A DNA stretch of 64,000 bases from an uncultured Planctomycetota bacterium (lineage in GTDB: Bacteria; Planctomycetota; Planctomycetia; Isosphaerales; Isosphaeraceae). The stretch covers positions 320,001 to 384,000 of the forward strand of contig CAWJTV010000042.1 of the NCBI GenBank assembly GCA_963845755.1. Direction: 5' to 3'. Positions 32,974 through 45,328 of the stretch are shown here, one piece after another. Both the position numbers and the translations under genes were made by a program. The notes under the pieces were generated by a model. That model had not been told where the DNA came from, did not search any database, and was given only the letters and a program-made list of their open reading frames with translations. The first letter of the stretch is position 1. Every line of letters starts with the position of its first letter.

Positions 32974-35900
32974 TCAAACAATGCCTCTACGACGGAGCAA
33001 GTTCGCGAGAGCGGGCCGACGGGGCAAGGTTCGTCCTGACTGTCGCTTATGGGCATCCATGCGCCCTGTTCCACGAACCCAAATACCGGCTGCTAGGCCC
33101 AGAACGGCCAGCCCTGCCGCGTAGTCGGCGGGCGGGAGAGGCCCGTCTTTCTGCGAGAGAGGATCGCCAACGATCTGGTGGCGAGTGGCCCAATTCGCCC
33201 GGAGAACCGGTATCGTGATCGTTCCGTTCACCCGCTCTGCCGGACACAGGACCGCGTTGACGGCCAACTCATCCAGGACCGCGTCGGAAACAAGCCCGGT
33301 CCGGGGCCGTGATCGAACGAGTTCATCGAGGACCTCCCGATGTGTCGCCAGCGATCCATCAGGATCCACGGACTCGACCGGAGAGATCACCGCGGCGTGT
33401 GCCATGGACGACGAGACCCCGTGCGTACCGAAACTGGTAGAGACCGGCGAGACCGTGAGTATGGCCGGTGACTGAAGATTCGGGCCGAGGGGGTTGGAAA
33501 TCATCGTCGCGCCGGGCGCCTGGATGGTGCCATTCCGCCCCAGGGAGCCGGGCGCCGGCCCCAGAGTCGTCCCCGATCCTGTCACTGGCGTGACCACCGA
33601 GTGGCTCGCCATCAGGTCCTGCACTGACGTCCCGCCCATCGGCGTGCTGTTGGTGCTGGCGGCCCCCGGTCCGTGGCCATAGCCGAAGTCGCCGCTCGAC
33701 ACGGAGATGGCATTGAATACGCTGAACGAATTATTAGTACCGCCACCACTCAACCAGGTGTTGTCGAGCGTGGCATCCTGCAAGGCGCCGACCGTCGGGC
33801 CAGCGTACGTCGTGCCGGGACCCTGGTAGGCGACCAGGTCCGGCACCAGGAGATTGGCCACCGGAGTCCCCAGGCCGGTCACGAGGTTGTAACCGGGATT
33901 CGCGTCATAGCCGTTGCTGCCGCTGGCGATCACGTTGTAATCGCTCTGGGGTAGGCATATAGAGGCGCTTGCTGTGTCTCAGTCGGGCTGGAGCTATTCA
34001 ACACGGCTTCGCCCGCGTCGACCCGTCCCTGGTTGACCAGGGCGACCAGTCCCGCAAAGGCCGGGGCCGCCAGGCTCGTGCCGCCGACGACCTCGAACGG
34101 ATTACTGGGATCAAGATTATAGGTATCGGAGATCCACGCTCCCGTGGCCGGGTCGGCGACCATGGAGACGTCGGGCGTGGTCCGGCTGCCGGTGGACTGC
34201 ACTCCCTGCTGGTAGGACGGCTCGGACTCGTACAGACTGATGCCGCCTCCGGAGCCGATCGACATCCCCGCCGAATCCGAGTAGTATCCCCACCCCGTCT
34301 CGCTGTTGTACGAGTTATCGGCGTTGAGATTCAGGCTCGTGCCGCCGACCGCTACCACGTTGGGCGAGAACGCGGGGTACTCGGGATCGGCCGCACCGTA
34401 GTCGCCGGTGCTGGCCAGGAAGGTGACACCTGGAACATTGAAGACGTTGTCGTAATTCGCCTCGTCGGCGGCGAAGACGGCCTGGCCTTCCGGCAAACCC
34501 CAGCTCATCGTCACGACGGACACGCCGGGTTGACTGGCCGCGGTGGTCACGCTCGCCATCAAGTCGGAGAGCGATTGGCTGTCGGCTTCGACCAGGATGA
34601 TCTGCGCCCCGGGGGCAATGGCGTGGGTCCATTCGACGTCGAGGGCTTCCTCGACTTCCCAGTTGTCGGTGCCGGCCCCGTTCGGGTCGGTCGAAGGCAA
34701 GGGGCTGGTTTGGCCGCCCTCGTTAAGCACGGTCAGGAACGAGGACGCCGGCCCATACTGATCGTAGATCGTCGGGCCGGACCCGGTCAGGCCGAATTGC
34801 CCATCGAAGGTGTCCACGGACGCGAAGATATTCGGGTCGTCGTAGGCGTCGACGATGGCGATCGTCTGGCCGGTGCCGTCCTCCGAGAGGTTGCTAATGC
34901 CGTAAGCCGTTCGGATCTGGGCCGGGGAGTAGCGCCAGCCCTGAATCGCCAATCGTCGCATTCCTGATGCCGCCGGCCGTGTTGATACCGCTGAACACCG
35001 CGCTCGACGCATTGGACTCCGAGGAGCTGAGACCGTTACTCGCGAGACCGTCGACGGTCGCAACCAAGGTAACGATGCTGCACGAGGTGTAGTTCGACAA
35101 GCCCAGGGCCGAGCCGTAAGAGCCGATGTTGTAGGTATTCACTCCGACGCCGCAAGCCGTAATGGCACTGGGGGCGAAACCGTAGGATTTCGCGACGGTG
35201 CCTCCCAGGCTCTGGTCGGTCACGTACGCGGAGAGTGCCGTCGCCATCACCTGGGCGGTTGCCCCGGACAGGCCCTTCACATAGCGGGCGACCTGGGAAT
35301 TCGTCTGCCCCTGGAGGCCCCCGAAGAGATTCGGACTGATGGTGGCCAGCCAGTTACCAAGGTTCGTGCAGGTCAACCCGCCGTTGAGGCTGTTGATCAA
35401 GCCCTGGCCGTTCGAGGCGGTCCAGAACGAACTCGTCGCCGTCTGGTTCGAGCACACACCCGAACCGGACAATCCGGAAGGAGCGCTCGTACCGCCGTTG
35501 TCCGAGTCGATTAGCCGGTTCTGAGCACTGTAGAAGTCGCTCGGGGACAAGCCGAGTTGGGAGATGACCGTCCCGCAGACCAGGTCGATCTGATAGTAGG
35601 AGCTGGGTATCGTGACGGGCCCGAGCGTGTGCGTGCCCGGACCGAAGACTCCTGTGGCCTGCTGGTGGACCTGCTGGAGGTATGCCGAGCTTGCGCTGAA
35701 GTACGGTTGTGGCGCGATGTAACTGACGAGCGAGAGCTGGTCGTAATCTCCGCTGGGCACCGTGAAGGTCACCGAGACTGTCTCACCTTGTACCGTATTG
35801 CCGTGGAGTACCGAGGCCGAAGTGGTCCTGCCGCCGGACGGGGTCAGCGAATACGAGAGCTGCTGCAAGTTGCAGCAGGGGCTGACCACCATCACCTGCT

Positions 35901-38900
35901 CGTTCGGATCGTTGTTGTCGCTGGCCGAACCGTTGTTGACGTCGCCACTATAGGTGGCATCCCACTGATATGCTCCACCCGCGGCATTGGCGGAAAGCGA
36001 GTACCCCTTCGGCGTAGTGTACGATCCATCGCCATTGACCGTCACCGTCTCCGTGTCGAGCAGCGTTCCGCTGGGACTGTACAGTGTGAAGGTGATCGTG
36101 CCGGTTTCCTTGAAGCCGCCGGAGAGGGTGGCCGTGTCGGTGAGGCACGTGGCCGTGCTCAGCGGAACGAGGGTCGGGGTGGGCGTCGTGGACAGAGTCA
36201 AGCTGGCCTTGTTCACCGTCACCTGCTCCGACTTGTCATTGTTGTCGCTGACCGAGTTGTTGTTGATGTCACCGTTGTAGGTGGCATCCCACTGGTAGGT
36301 GCCCGTCACGTTGCCCGTGGTGGGCATGGTGTAGCCCTTCGGCGTGCTGTACGAGCCATCGCCGCTGACCTTCACCGTCTCGGTATCCACCAGGGTGCCG
36401 GTCGGATTGTACAGCGTGAACGTGATCGTCCCGGTCGGGTTCATCCCGCCTGACAGCGTGGCCGTGTCTTTCAGCGTCAACGTCGAGGTGCATGCGGTGC
36501 TGGTCGTGCCGGGCGTGGTGCTGATCGACGGGCTGGCTAGACCGCCGCTCACCGTCACCTGCTCCCTGGGGTCGCCGTTGTCGCTGGCGTTCAGGTTATT
36601 TCCGTCGGTGTCGGTGAAGCTGGCGTTCCACTGGTACGTGCCGGTGGCACTCGTGGTGGACAGCGTGTACGCCTGCGGCGTCGTGTACGAGCCGTCGCCG
36701 TTGACCGGGACTGTCTCGGTGACCACGGTCGTACCATTTGGCGAGATCAAGGTGAAGGTGATCGTGCCGGTCTCATGGTAGCCCCCGGCAAGCACGGCCG
36801 TGTCGGTCAGAGTCGACGTCGAAGTGGGCGACGTAGGTCGAGGTCGGATTCGGCGGCGTCGGTCCCGGACCCGGCGTCGGCATGGGAGAGGCCGCCGTGC
36901 AGCCGCCGTTGTCCGAAGAGATGAAGCGATTCTCGGCATGATAAAGGATATTGGCGCTGTCCGGACCATACGCATTGTTGTTCTGGGTCGGCTCCAACTG
37001 GGTGAGGGCCGCACCGCAGACGAAGTCGATCTGGTAATAGCTGTTCGGGATCGGGACCGCCATCGTATGGGTCCCCGGGCCGAAGGTGCCGGTATCTTGT
37101 TGATAGATCGCCTGTTGGTAAGCCGTGGAGTCGTTGAAGCTGGATCCCGGCGCGACATAGCTCACCAGAGTGAGCTGGTCGTTCATTCCCGATGGCACCG
37201 TGAAGGTGACCGTAACCGTATCTCCTTGCTGGGTGTTGCCGGCGAGGTTCGTTACGGTGGTGGACCAGTTGCTCGGAGTCGTCACCTTGTAGCAGACGTT
37301 GATCGGCGTGCACGTCGGGATCGCGTAATCGGCGAAGTTGTATCCCGAGTAGCTGTGGCCGCTCGTTGCGACGACCGTGTAATACGTGTTTCCAGCGCTC
37401 CCGTTCGGCCCGCCCCCCGTCTGGATATAGCCCGACGGCACGGATTCCTGGACGTAATAGGTGCCCGGCGCGACCGTGAAGCTGTAGGTGCCGTTGGTCC
37501 CGGTCGTCGTCGTGCCGACCAACGTCTCGCCACTGCCGGCCTGCTGGTACAGGTCGATGGTCACGCCACTCTGCGGTGTGTCGGCAGACGTGAATCCGTT
37601 TCCGGTCGGGTCCAGATACTTGATCCCGCTGATTGTGATGGGAGTCGAGCTCAGGGTCGCGCTCGTCGGGTTGGGAGTGGTTACCAGGGTAGGTCGAGCC
37701 GGGCTGACCGTCACCTGCTCGCTGGTGCCGCCCTGGTCGTGGGCCGTGAGGTTGTTGGCGTCGCCACTATAGCTGGCCGCCCACTGGTAGGTGCCAACCA
37801 CCGTGACCGTGCTGGGCAACGCATACCCGCCGGCATGATCCCCCTGACTGGTCGAGTAGGTGTTGTCGCCACCGACGGTGACGTGGTCGGTGTAGATCAC
37901 CGTACTGTTATAAGTCAGCGTGAAGGTGATCGTGCCGTTGGGATAGTAGCCGCCGGTCAGCACGTCCGCGTCGTTGAGCGGCGCGGGCGTCGTGTTGCTG
38001 AGCGTGACCGAGTTCGGGCTAGGCGTCGTCGTGGTCGCGGGCGTAGCCGCGTTGACGAGAGTCTGCTCGGCCGTACCGCCCTGGTCGCTGGCCTGGTTGT
38101 TATCGGCGTCACCGGTATAATGGGCCGACCAGGTGTAGATCCCCGTCACGGCGCCCGTGGTGGGCAGCGTGTAGTTGGCGCTGTATGAGCCGTTGCCGCT
38201 GACCGGGTCACTGGTGGTGTACACCGTGGTCGAGCCGAGGTTCAGCGTGAAGGTGATGCTGCTGGCCAGTCCATCGGCCAGGTAGCCTCCTGAGAGAACG
38301 GCCGTGTCGGTGATGGTCGGCGCCGTGGTGCCGAGCGTGAGAGTCGGGCTGGCCGTCGTCAACAGCGTGGGGTTGGCCGGGCTGACCGTCGTCTGCTCGC
38401 TGGTGCCGCCTTGGTCGCTGGCCGGAGTATTGTTGGCGTCGCCGCTGTAAGTGGCTGCCCACTGGTAAGTCCCTGTCACGTTGCCTGTCGCCGGTAAGCG
38501 TGTAGCCCGTCGGCGTCGTATAAGTTCCGTTGCCGTTCACCGACGCGGTCTCGGTGTCCACCAGCGTGCTGCCCAGGTAAAGCGTGAACGTGATTGTGCC
38601 CGCCTCGTAATAGCCGCTCGACAGCACCGCCGTGTCATTCAACGTCACCGATGACGAGGACAGCGTCACCGTGGTCACGCTCGGTGTCGTCGTGATCGCG
38701 GGGCTCGCAGGACTCACCACGACCTGCTCGGCCGCGGCGTTGTTCTCGCTGGCCGACGTATTGTAGGTGTCGCCGCTGTAGCTCGCATCCCACTGGTAGG
38801 TTCCAGTGACCGTGCCCGTCGTCGGCAGCGTGTAGCCATTCGGTGTCGTGTACGTGCCGTCGCCGTTGACCGGCGTGGTCTCGGTGTCCACCAGCGTACC

Positions 38901-41391
38901 GTCCAGGTAGAGCGTGAATGTGATCGCGCCGGTCTCGAAATAGCCGTCCGAGAGCACCGCCTTGTCTTGCAAGGTCACTGGCGACGTACCGAGGTTGACC
39001 ATGGTCGCGCTCGGCGTCGTTGTGATCGTCGGGATCGCTTGATTGATGAGGTTGAAGCTCGCGATGTTCGTGATGCCTCTGGCCCCGGCCGAGACCGTAT
39101 AGCCACCCACGATGCCGTTGGCGGTAGCTCCGACGCTCGAGGAGCCGGTGGCGCTGATCGTGGCCGGGTCTCCGCCCAGCGTCGCCGACGCCCCGCTCTG
39201 CGGCGGTGTGAACGTGACCAGGCCACCAGCGACTGGCTCGCTCGAATTGTTGGCGGTGACCGTCGCAACCAGCGGGGCCGAGAAGCCGGTGAAGATGCCC
39301 GTTGATTGGCCGCTTCCCGAAGTGACCGCGATGGTGAACAGGCTCGACTCGAAGGCGCCGATGTCCACGACGTCGTTGACGATGCGAGGAAGGCCGCGTT
39401 GGTCGGTGGTGATACCGGCGGGAATCAGGGAGTCATTGCCAGAATCGATGGCTGGGCTGCCTGGGAGCAGGGCCATCGTCTGGGTCGGCCCGTCGTAATT
39501 GCCCAAGGGTGCTAGCAGGGGGTTGAGCGGCTGGGAACTGGTGCCGGTCAAGTCGGAGGCGACCCAGCCGGAACTGCCGTTGGTCTCGCCGACCAGGTTG
39601 TAACCCATTGAGGACACAGTTCCTTCTGCATCGGGCCCGGCGGTAGCAGCCGTGTTGTCCGCCACGATGGTGTTGCCGAGGTTGTCGGTGCCATCGAGGT
39701 TGTAAAGGCCCCCGCCGAAGATGCCGGCGGTGTTGCCGCCGACGGTGACGTCGGCCATCGTGGTCATGCCGTCGCTATTGGTGTAGAGACCACCCCCGTT
39801 GTCGCGAGCGGTGTTGCCACTGATCGTGCAATTGCTCAGCGCGATTTCGCCTTTGTCGATTGTGTATAGACCTCCACCATTCACGGCCGAATTGCCACTG
39901 ACTGTGCAGTTATTCAGCGTGGTCGAGCCACTGTTTTCGGTCAACAGGCCGCCACCGCTCATGGCCAAGTTGTCACCGACGGTACAGTTGGTCAGGGTGG
40001 TCGTGCTGTAGTTGGTGCCCACACCGCCAGCGTTGCCGAAGGCGGAGTTGCCGCTGACAGTGCAGCCGTTCAGCGTGGTCGTGCCGTAGTCGTAGTTGCC
40101 GACACCGCCGACCGATGTGGCATAGTTGTCGTCCACGGTGGTGTCGAGCAGCGTGGTCGTTCCCGAGTAGTTGAGCACGCCACCGCCTTCCCCGTCGGCG
40201 GAGTTGCCGCTGACAGTACAGCCAGTCAGCGCGGTCGTGCCGAAGTAATTGGCCACGCCGCCACCATCGGTGGAGAAGTTGCTGCTCACGAGCGCATTGT
40301 CGAGCGTTGTCGCGCCTCGGAAATTGTACAGGCCGCCGCCGTGCCCTGCGGAGTTGCCGCTGACGGTACAATCATTGAGCGTAGTCGTGCCGCTGGAATT
40401 GGCCAGACCGCCACCTTCGAAAGTGGCGGTGTTTCCACTGACATTGCAGTCGGTCAGCGCCGTAGTGCCGTAATCGTTGTTGTACAGTCCACCGCCATTC
40501 ACAGAGGCGATCTCCCCGCTGATCGTGCAGCCGGTCAGCGCGGTCGTGCCTCCTTTGTTGTACAGGCCGCCGCCACTCACCGAGGCGGAGTTCCCGCTGA
40601 AAGTACAGTCGGTCAGCGTCGTTGTGCCGAAGAAAACGGTCATGCCGCCGCCGCTCTCCGCGGAGTTTCCGCTGACAACGACGTCCGACATGGCGGTCGT
40701 GCCGACGAAGTCGTAAAGACCGCCGCCCTCTCCTGCGGAGTTTCCGCTGAGGGTGCAGTTGCTGAGGGAAGTCGTGCCGACGAAGTCGTACAACCCCCCT
40801 CCGTTCCCGGAGGCGGAGTTACCGCTGATGGTGCAGTTGTCCAGCGTGGTCGTGCCGTAGCCGTTGGTGTACACACCGCCGCCGCTCACGGCCGAGTTCC
40901 CGTTGACGGTACAGTAGCTCAGCGTGACGGCGCACCGAGTAGTTGGCCAGGCCACCGCCGGGGGCGCTGGCGCTACCCCCCGTGATCGTCAGTCCCGAGA
41001 TCGACGCAGTGACATTCGCGTCGACCTGGAACACCCGGCTCAGTCCGGCGCCGCTGACTGTGACCCCCGAGGCCGGGCCCATGATCGTCTCGGCCCCGCT
41101 CGAGTTTTTCAGCTCGAGTGGGCTGCCGGTCAGGGTGATCGTCAGCGGTGCGTTGAAGACGGTGCTGTCAAAATCGATCGTGCTGGCACCCGTGTTTGAA
41201 TTCGCCGCGTCGATCTCATAGCGCAGCGATCCGGGTCCGCTGTCGGTGGTGTTGGTCACCGTGAATGTGGACATCAGCCTGCGGTCTTCCAGCGCCACGA
41301 CTGTTGGCCGTGTCCGTCGCCGTTGGACTTGGCGGCCATCGACAGTCCGCCGACCGCCCCTCCGCTGATCCCTCACTCCGTTGTGACTCAT
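32974..41391 (-). CDS. giant surface protein: planctomycete extracellular leader, PMP-like beta-helix, choice-of-anchor-Q-like domain, Ig-like repeats, SdrD-B-like domain, S53 (sedolisin) peptidase, C-terminal TM (about 5 frameshifts)
   Basis: Six overlapping same-strand ORFs join seamlessly. Motifs: ALEDRRLMS, DSGPGSLR, (SGNSA..GGGLY)n, LAPLGNYDGPTQTMALLPGSPAID, (TGTYQWDASYSGD)n, EEALDVEW / STGDYG / GGTSLAAP. Confidence 0.78.
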
Positions 41392-41547
41392 GGTTCCCCC
41401 GCTCTCCTGGTGATGGACAAGGTATTGTTAATGACGTCCTTCGTCACGCCCTCACGAACGCATGTGGCTGAAACTTGGGCGGTCAATCTCACCGCGCCGC
41501 GGGTCGCCGAGCGGCCACGGCGGTGGAATCGGGCGTAGCCATGATTT

Positions 41548-41757
41548 CTACCATCCACGCTCAAAGGGGCGATCTTGGCGATTCAGTGCGGATTCGCGAA
41601 TGTGCGGCTCACACGATCGACATCGATCGAAGTCCTTCCTCCGCAGGTTTTTGCGATGCTGCTGGGTCAGCTCGGCAAGCGCCCGGCGATTCCCGTTCTG
41701 TAGCTGATCGAGCAGGCGGATGGTCTCACTTGGCGAATCATTGATGACGTGGCCCAT
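41548..41757 (-). pseudogene. truncated N-terminus of a planctomycete-type ECF sigma factor
   Basis: SPSETIRLLDQLQNGNRRALAELTQQHRKNLRR resembles the start of these sigma factors, then degenerates. Confidence 0.5.
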
Positions 41758-42307
41758 ACCCCATCACTAGGACGTGGCCGCAATTTCGGGGGAAAAAAAT
41801 AGGGATTTGATGCAAAACGTCATCGACGACCGGCTCGATGTGGTATCGCGGGCTCTGCGCCTGAACTCGCCTTGCCAGAGTCAGAAATGTGGACTCAGCG
41901 CCGCGCTTTCTCCCGGCGGAAAGAACGATGGCTTCGGCCTTTTCGCCTGGATTTGAGGACGTCGTGATCTGACCAACGGGAGGTTGGGGGCTGACTCCGC
42001 CTGGAGCGCCACAGAGGTGATTGGCGTCGGCTGGCGGAGTGGGATTTGGCCGTTCTTCCGTCGAGGAATCGGGCACAAGATCGAAAGGAGCTGGAAGAGG
42101 GCGAATGCCTCGATGGCGATCTCAGCGGTATTGTCGCTATGGCGCGTGCATTTCCGCGACCTACGACGTTAGATCCAAGATCACCTCGACCTGAACATTG
42201 CGATTGATGTGATGGATGCGGTGCACGATTTTCCCGCGGTTGCTCAGCTTCGAGGTGCTCTTCAACCGTCCGGTGGCATCCTCATGCGTGACGGACTCTC
42301 GAGACGC

Positions 42308-42826
42308 TCACCGGCATCCGTTTCTCATTGCTCTGAGCCTCGCTTCGTGCTCGATCAGCCATCGTTTGAGATCGAGCCCGCCGCCGTATCCGGTCAACGA
42401 ACCGTTCGAGCCGATGACGCGGTGGCAGGGAACGACGATGGCGATCGGATTGCGTCCATTCGCGGCGCCGACCGCGCGCGAGGACCCCGGACGTCCGATC
42501 CGCCGGGCCTGCTCCGCATAACTGACCGTCGCGCCGTAGGGGATAGTCAGCAGCCCGCTCCACGCGAGACGCTGGAAAGGCGTGCCGGCCAGGCTCATCG
42601 GACAATCGAAGGCGAACAACTTGCCGGCAAAGTAGGCGCGCAACTGGTCGCTGACGTCGCGGAAGGCCCGATCGTCCCGCCGCCATCCGGGTCCCGTCTC
42701 GGGTAGCGGCGCGGGGCCGCCGTCGTGACGGGGCAGATGGAGGCCGGTCAGTGCCTCACCATCGGAGGTCAGCAATAGCTCGCCGACCGGACTGGAATAA
42801 TAGCTGTAGACTGCGGACGCGTTCAT
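42308..42826 (-). CDS. ogt: methylated-DNA--protein-cysteine methyltransferase
   Basis: GTPFQ, IPYGATVSY, RAVGAANGRNPIAIVVPCHRVIG. Confidence 0.95.
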   Translation of the reverse strand: MNASAVYSYYSSPVGELLLTSDGEALTGLHLPRHDGGPAPLPETGPGWRRDDRAFRDVSDQLRAYFAGKLFAFDCPMSLAGTPFQRLAWSGLLTIPYGATVSYAEQARRIGRPGSSRAVGAANGRNPIAIVVPCHRVIGSNGSLTGYGGGLDLKRWLIEHEARLRAMRNGCR

Positions 42827-42959
42827 GGGTGTTCTCCAATTCAACGACCAGATCGAATCCTGGTAAGTAAAGGGTGATCAGTTAGTAAACATTCGGAATC
42901 GCACTCATTGCTGCGTGTGGAGATCGTGCGTACGGGGCGTGGAACGCAGATCTGCGTCT

Positions 42960-44440
42960 TCACCGGCAACGCTCAACCGGCAACTCGCAACTAAGAGCCG
43001 CCAAGCTTTCCCAGAGGTACATCGCAGCGTAGGCGCGCCAGGGACGCCAGGCACTGGCGGCGTCGCGGAGCCGTGCGGCCGAGGGCAATGCGGTGGCTTT
43101 GAGCAATCCCAGGTCGGCGGCGGGCAAGGCGTCGGGCCATCGCAGGGCTCGCATGGCGATGACCTGAGCGGTCCAGTCCCCGAACCCGGGGAGTTGTCGG
43201 AGTACACTGACGACGGCTTCCGGGTCGGGGCCGGGCTGCAAGTCGATCTCTCGGCATGCGACAGCCCGCGCGATCGCTCGGATGGCGCTGGCGCGCGCGG
43301 CGCCGATGCCGAGCGCGACCAGCTCCGAGTCGTCCGCGTCGGCGAGGCGTTCGGGTCTCGGGCTCAGCCGGTCCAGACCGGAGAACGGCACCTCGACCGG
43401 CTCGCCGAACCGGGCGGCCAGCCGGCCGGCGAGCGTCGTCGCGGCCCGGACCGAGACCTGCTGTCCCAGGATGGCGCGCACGGCCAGCTCGAAGCCATCG
43501 AATGCGCCGGGCACCCGCAATCCCGGGCATCGGGCGACGACCGCGGCGATCCGCGCGTCGGACTGGAGGTGCGACGCGATGATGTCCGGCCGCGCGTTCA
43601 GGTCGAGCAGGTCCTTGATCCGCGCGAGGACCTCCGGCAAGACCGGGGTCAAGGACGTCGCCAGCTCGACCGCCAGCAGATTCCGCCCGGCGATTGGCTC
43701 GACCTTCCACCAGCCGCGGTGTTGCCCGATCGCGGCGGTTCGAAGATACGCCGAGCCCTCCACGTGCTCGACGCCCGCAGTGGAACGTCCCGAGAGAAAC
43801 GCGCACCAGGGAATCCCAGGCCATGGGTGGCCGATACGCCAAGGTGAGCCGCAAAGCGTCCCGGACCTGCGGCCTCGGTGTAGCGCGCCGCATGGTCGTC
43901 GGCGTCAGTCGGTAGTGTGATCGGAACAATGCATTGAACCGCCGGACGCTCTCGAACCCGCTGGCGAATGCCACGCGAACGATCGGCAAATCCGACTCGG
44001 TGAGCAGTTGCTTGGCCAGGAGCAGGCGCCGCGTCTGTGCCAGCTCGATCGGGGGGACACCATACTCCTGCCGGACCGCACGACGCAGTTGCCGCGAACT
44101 CAGGCCCAGGTCGCGGGCCAGATCCTCCAGACTCCCGCCATCATTGAGCGCGCCCGCCTCGATACGGGCGGCAGCGGCGCGCGCCGTCCGTCTTACCGAG
44201 TCCACCGGCGCATGGCCGGGCGCCGAATTCGGGCCGACACCGCAGGCACGGCCGGAACCCTTCGCGCTCGGCCAGCGCCGCGTTGGAGTAGAACCGGCAC
44301 CGGTCGCGCCCCGCCGTTCGTGCCGTGCAGATCGGCCGACAATAGATGCGTGTCGTCGTGATTCCTACGAAGAACAGGCCGTCAAACCGGGCGTCGCGCG
44401 CCGCCAGTGCCCGGTGACAGGTCTCGTCGTCGATTCGCAT
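42960..44440 (-). CDS. alkA: Ada Zn-binding/AraC - AlkA 3-methyladenine glycosylase fusion (2 frameshifts)
   Basis: RDARFDGLFFVGITTTRIYCRPIC, GFRPCLRCRP, AraC HTH, FELAVRAILGQQVS, LPGFGDWTA, WRPWRAYA. Confidence 0.9.
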
Positions 44441-44493
44441 GGCGAGAGCCGCTCAGAGGACCAATCGCACCGTCGTTCGATTCACGTGCTGGA

Positions 44494-44574
44494 AGTGTAT
44501 CCTCTGACGACGAGAGCGTCTGGCCATTTTCGGACATCGATACGGAATCCGCATTGATGTCCGAAAACGGCCAG
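44494..44574 (-). promoter_or_regulatory. 55-bp near-perfect inverted repeat plus -10-like TACACT upstream of ada/alkA
   Basis: Arms 44520-44546 and 44548-44574 match 24/27; minus-strand TACACT at 44499-44494. Confidence 0.7.
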
Positions 44575-44627
44575 TGCCGAGCCTCACCGGCGGTCCGATG
44601 TCGAGCCCGGCACCGCATCGCGAGTGC

Positions 44628-45070
44628 TCAATGCGGCGCTTGTTGCTGTGCCGTGCGCCGTTGAATCTCCTCGGGCGAGACATCCTCGACGTGCGTCGCG
44701 ATCCACCAGTGGTTGCCTACGGGATCTTCGACACCGCCGCTTCGATCGCCATAGAAATGGGTGGTCGGTTCCCTCAGCGAGGTCGCGCCTGCCGCGAGCG
44801 CCAGCCGATAGGTCTCGTCCACATCGTTCACGTACAGGTAGAGCATGCTCGGCCTCGGCTTCCACTCGCCGGCCGCGTCGGCCAGCATGACGATCGAGTC
44901 GCCGATCTTTACCTCGGCGTGCTGGATCGTGCCGTCAGGGCGCTCATGCACTCGCGAGGGTCGGCGGCGTCGAAGGCGAGTTTCACGAATTCGAGGAGCT
45001 TGTCTGCTCCCTCAACGGCCAGGTACGGCGTAATGCTGTGATATGATTCAGGGATCGGTTTGACCGCCAT
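44628..45070 (-). CDS. VOC/glyoxalase (PhnB-like) protein (frameshift ~44945)
   Basis: MAVKPIPESYHSITPYL, HAEVKIGDS, FYGDRSGGVEDPVGNHWWIATH. Confidence 0.88.
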
Positions 45071-45328
45071 TTCACACTCCCACTTCGATTCGTGGCTTGG
45101 GACTACGGACATGCCCGTCGGATCGATCCGGTCGGGAGGAGTACACTCGATGCTGGATTCCCCGGCGCGCCGGTCGCCCGGCTCGGCCCGAGGTTGCCAC
45201 AATTATGTGCCAAGTGGACTGATGTGCAATAAGAAAATGAGCGGAATCGGACTTGGATCGACCCCAGAAACCGGATCTGTTACACTCGTAAGAATCACGT
45301 CCACATGGATCGTGCGGGGATCGGGGCC

